Both the position numbers and the translations under genes were made by a program. Shown in pieces: positions 54,674-64,000 of a stretch of 64,000 bases of DNA. The notes beneath the pieces are model-generated. The model did no database searches. It saw nothing but the letters and a program-made list of their open reading frames with translations, and was not told the DNA's origin. Positions within the stretch are counted from its first letter, which is position 1, and every line of letters begins with the position of its first letter. This stretch comes from Bacteriovoracia bacterium (GTDB lineage: Bacteria > Bdellovibrionota > UBA1018 > JBFWNL01): the NCBI GenBank assembly GCA_050251055.1, contig JBFWNL010000008.1, positions 64,001 through 128,000 on the forward strand, in the 5' to 3' direction.

Positions 54674-56070
54674 GCGCCCGTACCGTCCTGGTCATCGACG
54701 ACGAAGTTTCCATCCAGGCCTCCCTCAAAGGAGCCCTTACCGACGAAGGCTACAAAGTCCTCACCGCGTCCTCCGCGATGGAGGGCATCGAACTCATGCG
54801 GGCGGAAAATCCCGACGTCATCCTGCTCGACATCTGGATGACGGAAATGGACGGCATCACCGCGCTCAAGACCATCCGGGAGGAACGTCCCGACCAGGTC
54901 GTGATCATGATGTCGGGGCATGGCACGATCGAAACCGCGGTGAAAGCCACGAAGCTCGGCGCTTACGACTTCGCCGAAAAGCCCCTGTCGCTCGAGCGCA
55001 TTCTCGTATTGATCAAGAACGCGGGCCAGGCGCACGACCTTTTGCGCGAGAATCGCGCGTTGAAAAAACAAGTCAGCAAGCACAAAACCCTCCTCGGCGT
55101 GAGCCCGGCCATGAAGACCCTGCAGGGGCTGATCGCGCGCGTCGGCCCCACCACCGGTTCGGTGCTGATCACCGGCGAAAACGGCACCGGCAAGGAGCTG
55201 GTCGCCCACAGCCTGCACGCGGCCTCTCCGCGCGCCGCCAAGTCCTTCGTCGAGGTGAACTGCGCCGCCATCCCGGAAGACCTGATTGAGAGCGAACTTT
55301 TCGGCCACGAAAAGGGCGCGTTTACCGGCGCGACGCAGTTGCGGCGCGGGAAATTCGACATGGCCCACAACGGGACCCTGTTTTTGGACGAGATCGGCGA
55401 CATGTCGCTCAAGACCCAAGCGAAGGTCCTGCGGATCCTGCAAGAGCAGAAGTTCGAGCGCGTCGGCGGATCGCAAACCATTTCCGTGGACGTGCGTATC
55501 GTCGCCGCCACCAACAAAGACATCAAGGCCGAGATCCAAGGCGGGCGTTTCCGCGAGGACCTGTTCTACCGCCTGAACGTCATTCCCTTCCACGTGCAGC
55601 CCCTACGCGAGCGGCGGGAGGACATTCCGATCCTGGCCGAACACTTCCTCTCCGAGTTCAGCTCGGCGCACGGAAAGTCTAACCGCGCCCTTACGCCGGA
55701 GGGGCATAACGTGCTCACGAACTATCCGTGGCCCGGAAACGTACGCGAGCTCAAGAATCTCATCGAGCGCTTGATCATCCTCACCACGGAAGCCGAGGAC
55801 GGACAGCCTATCACCGCCGCCCACTTGCTCTCGCACCTAAAGGATGAAGCGGCCGACGCCGCCGTGGCCCAACTGCCCGGCAGCGCGGCCACCGACGTCT
55901 CACGCGCGGGCCGTAACCTCAAGGACGCGCGCCAGGAGTTCGAAAAGGAATTCATCATCCGTACGCTCGAGGCACACGACTGGAACATCTCCAAGACCGC
56001 ATCGATCCTGGGCATCGAGCGTAGCCATCTGCACCGAAAAATCAAATCTTACGGAATTGACGTAAAATAA
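54670..56070 (+). CDS. ntrX: NtrX-like sigma54-dependent response regulator
   Basis: REC domain LLDIW, GENGTGKE, GAFTGA, Fis-type HTH; ATGA-coupled. Confidence 0.88.
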   Translation: MSARTVLVIDDEVSIQASLKGALTDEGYKVLTASSAMEGIELMRAENPDVILLDIWMTEMDGITALKTIREERPDQVVIMMSGHGTIETAVKATKLGAYDFAEKPLSLERILVLIKNAGQAHDLLRENRALKKQVSKHKTLLGVSPAMKTLQGLIARVGPTTGSVLITGENGTGKELVAHSLHAASPRAAKSFVEVNCAAIPEDLIESELFGHEKGAFTGATQLRRGKFDMAHNGTLFLDEIGDMSLKTQAKVLRILQEQKFERVGGSQTISVDVRIVAATNKDIKAEIQGGRFREDLFYRLNVIPFHVQPLRERREDIPILAEHFLSEFSSAHGKSNRALTPEGHNVLTNYPWPGNVRELKNLIERLIILTTEAEDGQPITAAHLLSHLKDEAADAAVAQLPGSAATDVSRAGRNLKDARQEFEKEFIIRTLEAHDWNISKTASILGIERSHLHRKIKSYGIDVK

Positions 56071-56085
56071 GCGCGAAGCGCCGGA

Positions 56086-57363
56086 TTAATCACCCGTACG
56101 CAGCAGCGCCGCGAACGCCTGTAGTTGCGCCCGGGTATCCAGAAACGGCTCGTGCCAACGGACATCCTTGCCCACCAGCGGCCTTTCGAGCTCGAACTCC
56201 GTCGCCAGCTGCGCGAGCGCCTCGGCCTGCCGCAAACGTTCCAGCTTCGGAACTCCCGCCGAAGCCAGCAGCACGTCCGCCGCCCCCCCGTACACGTGCG
56301 CGGCCACGGTCTGCATATCCCCAAAGGCGGCCGTGGTCTTGAGATCGGGATCGTGTTCGCGGCGATACCGCAGCACCCTCACCATGCGCGCGGCAAGCGT
56401 CGCACCGGGCGTACGGATCGCCGCCACCAGGTCTGCTCCGGCGGCCTCGCGTACGTCCTGCGGAGCGGGCTGTTCGCCCGAGTCCCGCAACAGAAGCCCG
56501 TAAATTTTCTTTAAGACGTCCGTCTTGGCCCACTCCGAAAGATCCTTCCGCCAATGCTCCTCGGCCGCCTGTCGGATCCGTTCGCGTTCGAGCGCCTCGT
56601 CGATCTCGTCGAGCCACCCCGAAGCCACCACATCGTAGGCCCCCATCTCCCGCCACTCGCGCAGATACGGAGCGCGTTCCAGATCCCCGAGGAAAGCCAC
56701 TATTTCCTCCCGGAACTTTTTAATCTCCTTAAAATCACGAGTCTCGAAGCGATGGCTCATCACGCGGAAATACCCGTGCAGCACGAGCACCGTGAGCAGA
56801 TCTTGGTCGTCGCCCAGATAATAGTAGGGGCTGAAATAATGCTTTTTATCAAACGGATCCCGGAGCGCGCGCAGCAGTTTCCGCATTTCCGCCAAGGTCA
56901 TATCGGTGCGAAAACTTCCCACCTTCGTCTGGATGAACGCCGGCCAGTTGCGAGGATTTTCCCCGTACGCGGTCTTCTTGCTTTGCTTCCAGGCCTTCAA
57001 GATATCGTCGGCGCTTTCGGTACCGACCACAGGTTGGGGAGCCGGGCGCAACAGGTGGCGCGGATTGGCGGGAACGGCCGATTTCGCCGGCAAGGCCCCG
57101 GTCCAGGCCGGGGGGTTTAGGATCGCCGTGCAAAGCGCCAGATCGTCCGCGTCCTTTGCTTGCGCGGAATACGGCGAAGCGCAGGCCTTCGCGGCGGCCT
57201 CGCAGCTGGGGACGCCTACGGCGAACGCGGGGCGATTGGCCACGCACCGAAGCAGCAGACGATCCACCAACGCGGGATCCGTCGAGGTACGAAAAAGCTG
57301 GTAGGCCCGGGCTTCCGGACTGAGCGCGCCCAAGCCGATCACGAGCGCCAAGATCGCGATCAT
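56086..57363 (-). CDS. Hypothetical secreted protein
   Basis: Signal peptide, 4 Cys in the N-region, Pro-rich linker, helical body; ATGA-coupled to the protease. Confidence 0.65.
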   Translation of the reverse strand: MIAILALVIGLGALSPEARAYQLFRTSTDPALVDRLLLRCVANRPAFAVGVPSCEAAAKACASPYSAQAKDADDLALCTAILNPPAWTGALPAKSAVPANPRHLLRPAPQPVVGTESADDILKAWKQSKKTAYGENPRNWPAFIQTKVGSFRTDMTLAEMRKLLRALRDPFDKKHYFSPYYYLGDDQDLLTVLVLHGYFRVMSHRFETRDFKEIKKFREEIVAFLGDLERAPYLREWREMGAYDVVASGWLDEIDEALERERIRQAAEEHWRKDLSEWAKTDVLKKIYGLLLRDSGEQPAPQDVREAAGADLVAAIRTPGATLAARMVRVLRYRREHDPDLKTTAAFGDMQTVAAHVYGGAADVLLASAGVPKLERLRQAEALAQLATEFELERPLVGKDVRWHEPFLDTRAQLQAFAALLRTGD

Positions 57364-59498
57364 GGCGACGCCCCTGCAACTGGCGCATCACTCACGTCTT
57401 TTTGGTATGCCTCTGCTCCAAGCTGCTGCAGGGAAAAATAAAAATCCAGATCCACCGCGACCCGGCTTTCTTCATAGGCGAGATAGAGCTCTTTCACCAA
57501 GGCGTAAGGTCGCGGACAGTCGCGGATCACCGAGAGGATCCGGCGATAGGGCTCGACGGGGTCGGCGCTCACGAGCCAATGATCGGACTCAACGAATGCT
57601 CCCAACCGGGAACGCGCCGGCGCCTGACGCTGCCACGACGAACGCCGCTTCACGCTCAGGATTGCTTCTTCCAAAAGCCGCAAGGGCCGCAAGGCCAAAC
57701 GCAACGAGTCCGTCCGGCAACCGCGGGCTTGCGTCTCAATCTGCTGCCAAGCCCGTTCCGCGCTGTCCAACACGAAAAGCGCCAAGAAGTCCTTTACGTC
57801 CGGATCCCCGAAAAACGCGCGGGGCCCTCCCATGGACTTGAAATCCGTCGCGAGCGCCTCAAAGACACGCATGCGCGCGGCCGCGCTCACCTGGGGCGGG
57901 ACGAGCCTCTCGATCTCGCCCAAAGTTTTCCCGGCTTCCCCAGCCGGCGACATGCCCGAACCGGAAAGCGACTTCACGAGCACGCGATAAAGCTCCGCTT
58001 GCTGAGGACGACCCAGGGTTTCGAAGGCTTCGCGGAACATGCGGATCCAGCGCACGGTGAGTTCTTGGTGCATGCGGGAGATTCGTTCGCTCGGAAAGAC
58101 CTTGCGCTCGCTCGGATCGTACTGCTCGTACCGCCCGTGCCCGCCACCACCGATGGAGATACTGAGGCCCGTACTCTCCTGGTATCCGCCCGGCGTCCAG
58201 AGCTTGTAACCGAACAGCGTTTTTTCGTAGCGATAACCGCCATCAAAGCGGACCTTCGCGAGGAACTCCTTACGCAAGTCAGATTCCTTACGCACGCTCT
58301 CCCGCAACAGGCTACCGACTTGCTTCATCACGTCGGGACAAACGGCCATGCCTTCGACCAGCACCGAGGACTGGTAAAGCTCGTCTCCGTAAAACTGCAC
58401 CAGGTGGTCCACGTATCCGTCGCCCGAGGAGACCTGAGGCCAGGTCATGCCGCGAGGACTAAAGAATCCGTGCGGCCCGGGTACCGCCAGATTCTGTGGG
58501 CAAACATGCGTGCGCACGCACTCCGGCCGGCGGGGATCGTAGGGACAAAACGAACTGGGCTTGCGATCGGATTTTTTCTTTTTGACCGGCTCTTCCTTGA
58601 ACACCGGATCCGGCCAGCGGGTGAGCACGTGGCCAACGGATTTGTAGTTGTGCGGCTCCACCTGCATCTGGCCCAGGTACTGTTCGTAGACCTGGGTGTG
58701 CGTCGGCACCGCTTTCGAAAAGAAGGTCATCGGCGTGGCGAACACGGCGCTCACCGCGCCCACCACGTACTCCGTGCCCCGAACTACCACGGCGGGAAGC
58801 TCCTGCTGGATGGACTTCAGGATCGCGACCGCTTCTCCAGCGTCGTTCACGAGGGGACTGCCCGAGTTTCCGGGACGCGCGGTGCATCCGGACAGGATCC
58901 AATTCACACCCTCTTCATCAATTGCGGAGCAGGCTTCGAGGTCGATCGTGGGCGCGTAACCGACGCGGGCCTCGGCCAAATAACGCGGATCGAAGGTCGA
59001 CGAAATTTTCCAAGGATGCTTTGGCAGCGCGCCTGCCGTGGCGATCGCGATCGGATCCACGCCTCGGATCGCGACCGGCTCTTCGAGGCGCAGCAAGGCC
59101 AGATCCTCCGTCGCGGACTCCAGCAAGATTTGGGGAGCCAAGAAAGTCTGCAGCTCACGCGGACGAACCCCTTCCGGAGGAGGATTGCCCGAAGCATCGA
59201 GCCCCGGATCCCGCACCAGCACGCGAATACGCAACGACTGCTGGGGGGCGTGGGAAACGCAGTGTTGGTTCGTCAGCACGAGCTGACGCCCCACCAGGAA
59301 CCCCGTGCAAGCACCGGCTTCCACGGTCTGATCCGACTCCCGCTTTTCGACGATGAGGCTTACGGTCGCTCGCTGGGCTTTCACCACGCCCTCGGGGAGT
59401 CGCGCGCGTCCGTCGGACGCGGACGTAACGTTAGCCGAAACGGCTATGAGCGTGAAAAGCCAGAGGGTCACCCGAACCATAACGCATAGCGTTAGCAC
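57360..59498 (-). CDS. Secreted trypsin-like (S1) serine protease with large C-terminal extension
   Basis: CTGFLV, TNQHCV (His), DLALLRL (Asp), GNSGSPL (Ser); signal peptide. Confidence 0.8.
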   Translation of the reverse strand: MLTLCVMVRVTLWLFTLIAVSANVTSASDGRARLPEGVVKAQRATVSLIVEKRESDQTVEAGACTGFLVGRQLVLTNQHCVSHAPQQSLRIRVLVRDPGLDASGNPPPEGVRPRELQTFLAPQILLESATEDLALLRLEEPVAIRGVDPIAIATAGALPKHPWKISSTFDPRYLAEARVGYAPTIDLEACSAIDEEGVNWILSGCTARPGNSGSPLVNDAGEAVAILKSIQQELPAVVVRGTEYVVGAVSAVFATPMTFFSKAVPTHTQVYEQYLGQMQVEPHNYKSVGHVLTRWPDPVFKEEPVKKKKSDRKPSSFCPYDPRRPECVRTHVCPQNLAVPGPHGFFSPRGMTWPQVSSGDGYVDHLVQFYGDELYQSSVLVEGMAVCPDVMKQVGSLLRESVRKESDLRKEFLAKVRFDGGYRYEKTLFGYKLWTPGGYQESTGLSISIGGGGHGRYEQYDPSERKVFPSERISRMHQELTVRWIRMFREAFETLGRPQQAELYRVLVKSLSGSGMSPAGEAGKTLGEIERLVPPQVSAAARMRVFEALATDFKSMGGPRAFFGDPDVKDFLALFVLDSAERAWQQIETQARGCRTDSLRLALRPLRLLEEAILSVKRRSSWQRQAPARSRLGAFVESDHWLVSADPVEPYRRILSVIRDCPRPYALVKELYLAYEESRVAVDLDFYFSLQQLGAEAYQKDVSDAPVAGASP

Positions 59499-59550
59499 AT
59501 TCCTCGGCCCTAGACAATTGGGTCTAACGCATTAATAATTCAGGCTTTAG

Positions 59551-60816
59551 TTACATTTCCGGGAGCCGCGGCTGCTGCTCCACCGGAGAAAGCTCTTCGA
59601 TTTCAACACTTTGCTGGGCGCTCTCGAGCTCTTTAAAGCGGCGTGCGCTCACCAGCACGCGCGATTCGAGCGACGCCATGGCCTTGTTGTAAGACTCGAC
59701 CGCACTGCCTAGGCCCTTACCTACCTTCGAGAAGTGGCTCGCAAGATCCGAAATACGCTTATACAACTCGCGCCCCAGCTCGCTGATCGCCTGCGCGTTT
59801 TTCGCCACGCTTTCCTGCCGCCACCCGTAAGAGACCGCGCGCAGGAGCGCAATCAAGGTAGTCGGCGTGGCTAGGATCACGCGTTGGTCGACGCCCGCTT
59901 CGATCAAGGCCGGATCTTCTTGTAAGGCCGCGCTGAAAAAAGTCTCGCCGGGTAAAAACAAAACCACGAACTCGGGGGCGGGCTGAAACTGATCCCAGTA
60001 GTTTTTACGGCTAAGCTGGGTCATGTGCGTGCGGATCTGCTGCGCGTGCTGGCGAATTTTCTCCTTGCGGGTCTCGTCGTCCGGCGCCTCCATCGATTCA
60101 AGATACGCCGAAAGCGGCGCCTTGGCGTCGACCACGATGGTCTTCTCCCCGGGCAACCGCACGACGAGATCGGGACGCAGGCGCCCGCCATTGTCGGTCA
60201 GGGCGCTTTCCTGCTCGAAGAAATCGCAATGATCGAGCATGCCGGCCATTTCGACCACGCGCTTGAGCTGGATTTCTCCCCAACGGCCGCGCACGTTCGG
60301 CGCCCGCAACGCGCGCACGAGATTTCCGGTTTCGCTGCGCAGTTCCTTCTGAGTATCGAGCAGCGAACGCAGCTGCTGGTCGAGCGTGGCGTAGGCCCCG
60401 ACTCGCGCCTTTTCAAGTTCTCCGATCTTGCCGTCGACCTTCTCCAACGATTCGCGCATGGGCTTGATCAGCGAGTCGATCGCCTGGTGGCGCTTGTCGA
60501 GGTCGCCCTTGGCCGCCTGCTGATACTGCTCGAGCGAGGTGCGCGCGAGCTCCAAGAAAGATTGGTTGTTGTGCCGAAGCGCTTCCGCGGAGAGCGCCTT
60601 GAAGCTGTCGGACAGGCGATTCTGGGCGTCCGTAATGGCGGCGATTTTCTCGCTCGCGGAACGACGCTCCTGGGTGAGCGACGTTTCCAGCTGCGCTTCT
60701 TTCGTCTTCAGATCGGTGAGCTGCCCAAGCAGAACACGCTCGCGGCGGGAGAGGTAAATGAATGCGCCCAGCGCGCCCAACAAAACCCCGACCAGAAAAA
60801 GCAGTATCCCCATCAT
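59551..60816 (-). CDS. rmuC: DNA recombination protein RmuC
   Basis: [39 protein letters not shown]. Confidence 0.93.
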   Translation of the reverse strand: MMGILLFLVGVLLGALGAFIYLSRRERVLLGQLTDLKTKEAQLETSLTQERRSASEKIAAITDAQNRLSDSFKALSAEALRHNNQSFLELARTSLEQYQQAAKGDLDKRHQAIDSLIKPMRESLEKVDGKIGELEKARVGAYATLDQQLRSLLDTQKELRSETGNLVRALRAPNVRGRWGEIQLKRVVEMAGMLDHCDFFEQESALTDNGGRLRPDLVVRLPGEKTIVVDAKAPLSAYLESMEAPDDETRKEKIRQHAQQIRTHMTQLSRKNYWDQFQPAPEFVVLFLPGETFFSAALQEDPALIEAGVDQRVILATPTTLIALLRAVSYGWRQESVAKNAQAISELGRELYKRISDLASHFSKVGKGLGSAVESYNKAMASLESRVLVSARRFKELESAQQSVEIEELSPVEQQPRLPEM

Positions 60817-60900
60817 TTCGACGCACATTAACCGCAGGGCGCGGGAGAAGTCAAACGGGCGAAAAACAGGCTTTTTCGCCAAATTCGGGGAAGGGGGAGA

Positions 60901-61839
60901 TCAGCGACGGAAAGCGAGATCGCGATAATAACGCAGGAGATCAGCCAACCGGGCAGGTCGGGCGGCACTGCCCTCGCGAACGGTGGCTGGCAGCAGGCTA
61001 TAGGGATCGGATCGATCGGTGAAGGACGCGACCTTGGCTCCCTGCTGAACAAACTTCTTCTCGTTCAATCGCCAGTACTCCTCGTACTCGTACCAGGGAA
61101 TCGTGGGTTTGAGGTGATGCACCAGATGCAGGTTTTGATTGAACATGATGAATTGCAACCAGCGCGGGACATACAGGTTGCGCGTGTTGCCGATGCGCGA
61201 GGTATCCTGCGCCGGGTGATGCGGCCAGGAGGTATTGGCGAAGGCCAGCAGGCCGATCCCGACGAGGTTCGGCAGGATCCAGCCCAGCAGGCAGGCTTGC
61301 GAAAACTCCGTGAACAAACCCAAGCCAATGATGATGCTGGGCCCGACCGTGGACGAAATCATCGTCAGCGCATTCCAGAATCCGCCGGTCCCGTAGTGTT
61401 TGAATCCGTACCAGTAATAATAAAAGATAAGCAGGAACGAACGGGTCCACCGCGCCGAAAGCTTTTCGGAAGCCGTGAAATGATCCGGGTCCATCTCCGG
61501 GTGGTTCGTGTAGGCGTGGTGAGTGATGTGCAGGCGCTTGAAAAAAATCGGGCTATTGAGAAAAACCGGCCAGGTCCCCCACAAAATAAGGTCGTTCAGC
61601 CAGCGGGTGCGGCTCGCCACGCGGTGCACGCCATCATGCAGGGGCGTGAACATCGCGAAGATCAGTACGACCTGCACGCAGAAAATAGCGCCGGCCAGGT
61701 ACCACGGCAGCGGACGAAACCAAACCAACAAGAAGATGTTGAGGTAAAACCAAATGGAAACGACGAGAAAAATAATCAGGGTCGGATTGATCGCGCGGTC
61801 TTGGCTCGTTGAGCGGCCGGGCGTTGAAGTCGGAAGCAC
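60901..61839 (-). CDS. Membrane fatty-acid desaturase/hydroxylase superfamily (CrtR-like)
   Basis: His boxes HDGVH, HITHH, HLVHH; DPD motif; P.IPWY. Confidence 0.85.
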   Translation of the reverse strand: MLPTSTPGRSTSQDRAINPTLIIFLVVSIWFYLNIFLLVWFRPLPWYLAGAIFCVQVVLIFAMFTPLHDGVHRVASRTRWLNDLILWGTWPVFLNSPIFFKRLHITHHAYTNHPEMDPDHFTASEKLSARWTRSFLLIFYYYWYGFKHYGTGGFWNALTMISSTVGPSIIIGLGLFTEFSQACLLGWILPNLVGIGLLAFANTSWPHHPAQDTSRIGNTRNLYVPRWLQFIMFNQNLHLVHHLKPTIPWYEYEEYWRLNEKKFVQQGAKVASFTDRSDPYSLLPATVREGSAARPARLADLLRYYRDLAFRR

Positions 61840-61934
61840 TCCCTTACCTCCAGAAAAGCGCGCTTAAATTTATAGCCGCGCTGCATATAGATTAAAAGAG
61901 ATGCGCCCGCCAATGCAAGTGTTATTAATGAGGA

Positions 61935-63419
61935 ATGCGCAAAACCCAGTCTCGTTGGGCCGTACCTACCGGATTATTGGCGTCTTTTTTTCTCGCGGGC
62001 TTTCTCACTGCGTGCGGGAGCTTGCATAAGCGGGCGAAGGAATACATGGAGGCGGGCGCCCATCTGGAAGCGGCCCGGACCTACGAGGAGATTCTAAAGA
62101 AAGACCCCCAGGACCCCGAAGCTAAGCTTGGCCTAACCGAAGCCCGCTCCCGCTTGATCGACAGCCGCCTCATCGACATCCGGCGCGCGCGAACCTCGGG
62201 CAACCCGGAGCAAGGGCTGGATCATTTAATGGCGCTCCTGAACGATCAGGCGAAGTGGGGGTTGAACGCCCACGCGGCGGCGACCCTGACCCAGGAAGAA
62301 GAGACGGAATTTGGCGCGAACCTCGTGGCCAAAAAGGTAACGTCCGCCAACCAGGCGAATCACCCCCTGCGCGCATCCTCCCTACTTCTCCGCTACCGGC
62401 CCCTCTTCCAAGACAAACGCGCCTCCCGTCACGACGCCTTGAACGCCGAGACCGAGCGGGTCGGGCAAAAGCACTGCAAGAAACTGCAGGCGATGGATCT
62501 CAAGAAAGCGCCTTACTTCGCCGAGTTTGTCATTAAGTATTGCGCCTACTTCAAGGAAGAGTCCGCGCAACTCGCCGACCGCATCGGCCATCGTGCGGCC
62601 GATCTCGTGAATGACGTAACCGTCACCGTAAAGATCAAGGATTTGCCGAACGAAAGCACGCCAAAATTCACGGAGAACTTCCGCGACGCCCTCAAGCGCA
62701 CCGCCTGGTACGACGCCGAAGGCAAGCAGACGATCGCGCTCACGGTAGACGGCACGCTTGAGTTCTCGCGCCAACAGGTGCCGGTGAATCTCGTCCACCA
62801 ATACAAGGAAGACGAACCCTACGTCGAGGTCATTGACGTGCAAAAAATCCGGCAAGTCCCTTACGAAACGACCGAGTCACGCATCAATCCCACCACTCGA
62901 GCCATCGAGGTGGTGCCCGTTACGAAGTATAGGCAAGAGACTTATATCGAAAAGCAATCCGTCACGCGCACCCGGGAGGTGCTGAAAACCTACCCTTACG
63001 GCGCTTGGAAGCACATGCAACATCTCAAGCTCGCCCTCACGGGCGCGAGTACCGTCGCGGGACGGGCCGTGAACTTCTCGCTCACCGAGGAGCTAAATCA
63101 AAACAGCTTCCAGCACGACCTGGACCTGCCCGCGATTGGGCTGAAACCGGCGAAACTCACGCTCACCGACGAAGGGGCCTGGATCGACGAGCAGGCGAAG
63201 CGTGCGTCCGGGCTCTTCGAGGGCAAACTGGCGGAACTCTGGAAGGACCTTTACTGTTCGGGCAGCGAGAAACTTTCACTGGTAGCGTCCGGCGAGCAGG
63301 TGCACCGCTGCTTGCGCGAGCAGTCGGGCGACGCGCCCGAATTCGCGCAGGGCTGGTATCAGAAGCAACTCGATATGGACATGAAAGAGGCGATGTCCCT
63401 CATCGGCCTCAAGCGCTGA
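61935..63419 (+). CDS. TPR-containing lipoprotein
   Basis: Lipobox LTAC, N-terminal TPR-like helices, beta-rich central insertion, paired Cys. Confidence 0.75.
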   Translation: MRKTQSRWAVPTGLLASFFLAGFLTACGSLHKRAKEYMEAGAHLEAARTYEEILKKDPQDPEAKLGLTEARSRLIDSRLIDIRRARTSGNPEQGLDHLMALLNDQAKWGLNAHAAATLTQEEETEFGANLVAKKVTSANQANHPLRASSLLLRYRPLFQDKRASRHDALNAETERVGQKHCKKLQAMDLKKAPYFAEFVIKYCAYFKEESAQLADRIGHRAADLVNDVTVTVKIKDLPNESTPKFTENFRDALKRTAWYDAEGKQTIALTVDGTLEFSRQQVPVNLVHQYKEDEPYVEVIDVQKIRQVPYETTESRINPTTRAIEVVPVTKYRQETYIEKQSVTRTREVLKTYPYGAWKHMQHLKLALTGASTVAGRAVNFSLTEELNQNSFQHDLDLPAIGLKPAKLTLTDEGAWIDEQAKRASGLFEGKLAELWKDLYCSGSEKLSLVASGEQVHRCLREQSGDAPEFAQGWYQKQLDMDMKEAMSLIGLKR

Positions 63420-63434
63420 GCCGTCGCGGCGAGC

Positions 63435-64000
63435 TTAGAGCGTGGGTGGCCCCGCCGTCGGCGAACTATTCAGGAAATAAGAAACCCCGAGCGTGAGCGT
63501 ATTCGTCCAGTTCGCACGGTCGGCGATGAATTGCCCCACGGCGAAGCCACTGGCCGCGGACTTGGCGACGATCGCTTCCTTGTAGTACATGGTCCGGAAA
63601 TCCAGGCGCAGCGTGAGCGACTGCGAGAGATAGATCTGCTGCCCGATCCCCAGGAAAGGCGTCACGTAGCGCCCGGTTTCGGTCTTCGTCAGCCCCAAGC
63701 CGCCTTGAAGGTGTAGATCAAAGTAAATGATCGATTTCCCCACGAAGCTCAGCTTCCCGTACATGATGCTCCCGCGGCCTTCTACGCCGAAGAAATAATA
63801 CGGACGATTCGTATTCGTGGTGAACCCCACTTCGCTCTCGAACGTTTGCAAGGCGCGCGAAGAGCTGACGAAGTGCTTCCACCCCAGGAGGTGGGCCGAG
63901 AAATACTCGCTGAAGTGATACCCCGCTTCGCCCCCTACCCCACTCATGCTCAAAAACGGATCCGAGCTGATCGTGGCGTAAAACAAACCCGTCTCCACGC
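63435..64000 (-). CDS. Outer-membrane beta-barrel domain protein (deltaproteobacterial type), 5'-truncated by the window edge
   Basis: DPF, GYHFSE, YGKLS.....IIYFD, G.GQ..YL...LRLD.R, GVSYF. Confidence 0.75.
   Translation of the reverse strand, partial: VETGLFYATISSDPFLSMSGVGGEAGYHFSEYFSAHLLGWKHFVSSSRALQTFESEVGFTTNTNRPYYFFGVEGRGSIMYGKLSFVGKSIIYFDLHLQGGLGLTKTETGRYVTPFLGIGQQIYLSQSLTLRLDFRTMYYKEAIVAKSAASGFAVGQFIADRANWTNTLTLGVSYFLNSSPTAGPPTL

Noticed and set aside
57402-59489. 695-aa plus-strand ORF antisense to the protease
   Set aside because: The minus-strand frame carries the signal peptide and complete catalytic triad; the antisense product has the R/H/G-rich shadow composition.

Overview
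GC-rich bacterial chromosome segment, most likely Bdellovibrionota/Oligoflexia-like (inferred from deltaproteobacterial-type core proteins, a CFI-box-CTERM protein and many signal-peptide-bearing orphans). It holds two core clusters. The first is a long minus-strand run: rpsB-tsf-pyrH-frr-uppS-cdsA-rseP-tsaB-pssA-asd-[CFI-box protein + beta-barrel]-truA-tig-algI-algJ-like. The second is tRNA(Thr,Tyr,Gly,Thr)-tuf-rpmG-tRNA-Trp-secE-nusG-rplKAJL-rpoBC-tRNA-Val. Between them (~17-32.8 kb) is an accessory region: a TPM pair, GT4, an orphan RND pump, cytochrome c, zinc-less Fpg, a ligase-associated exonuclease, marR/trxA/nemA, a fluoride riboswitch with fluC, and secreted orphans. The right end has proS-pyrF-rlmB, ntrYX, a secreted protease pair, rmuC, a desaturase and outer-membrane proteins. 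The most striking unexplained signal lies at the 3' end of tRNA-Val: a ~200-bp inverted repeat containing an inverted, hairpin-interrupted copy of the tRNA 3' end, plus two related multi-hairpin elements that each directly follow a secreted orphan gene, one of them a minimal kinase. Also found: an unannotated, probably leaderless 39-aa membrane peptide heading the trxA-nemA operon. All calls come from reading the sequence; no searches were run.
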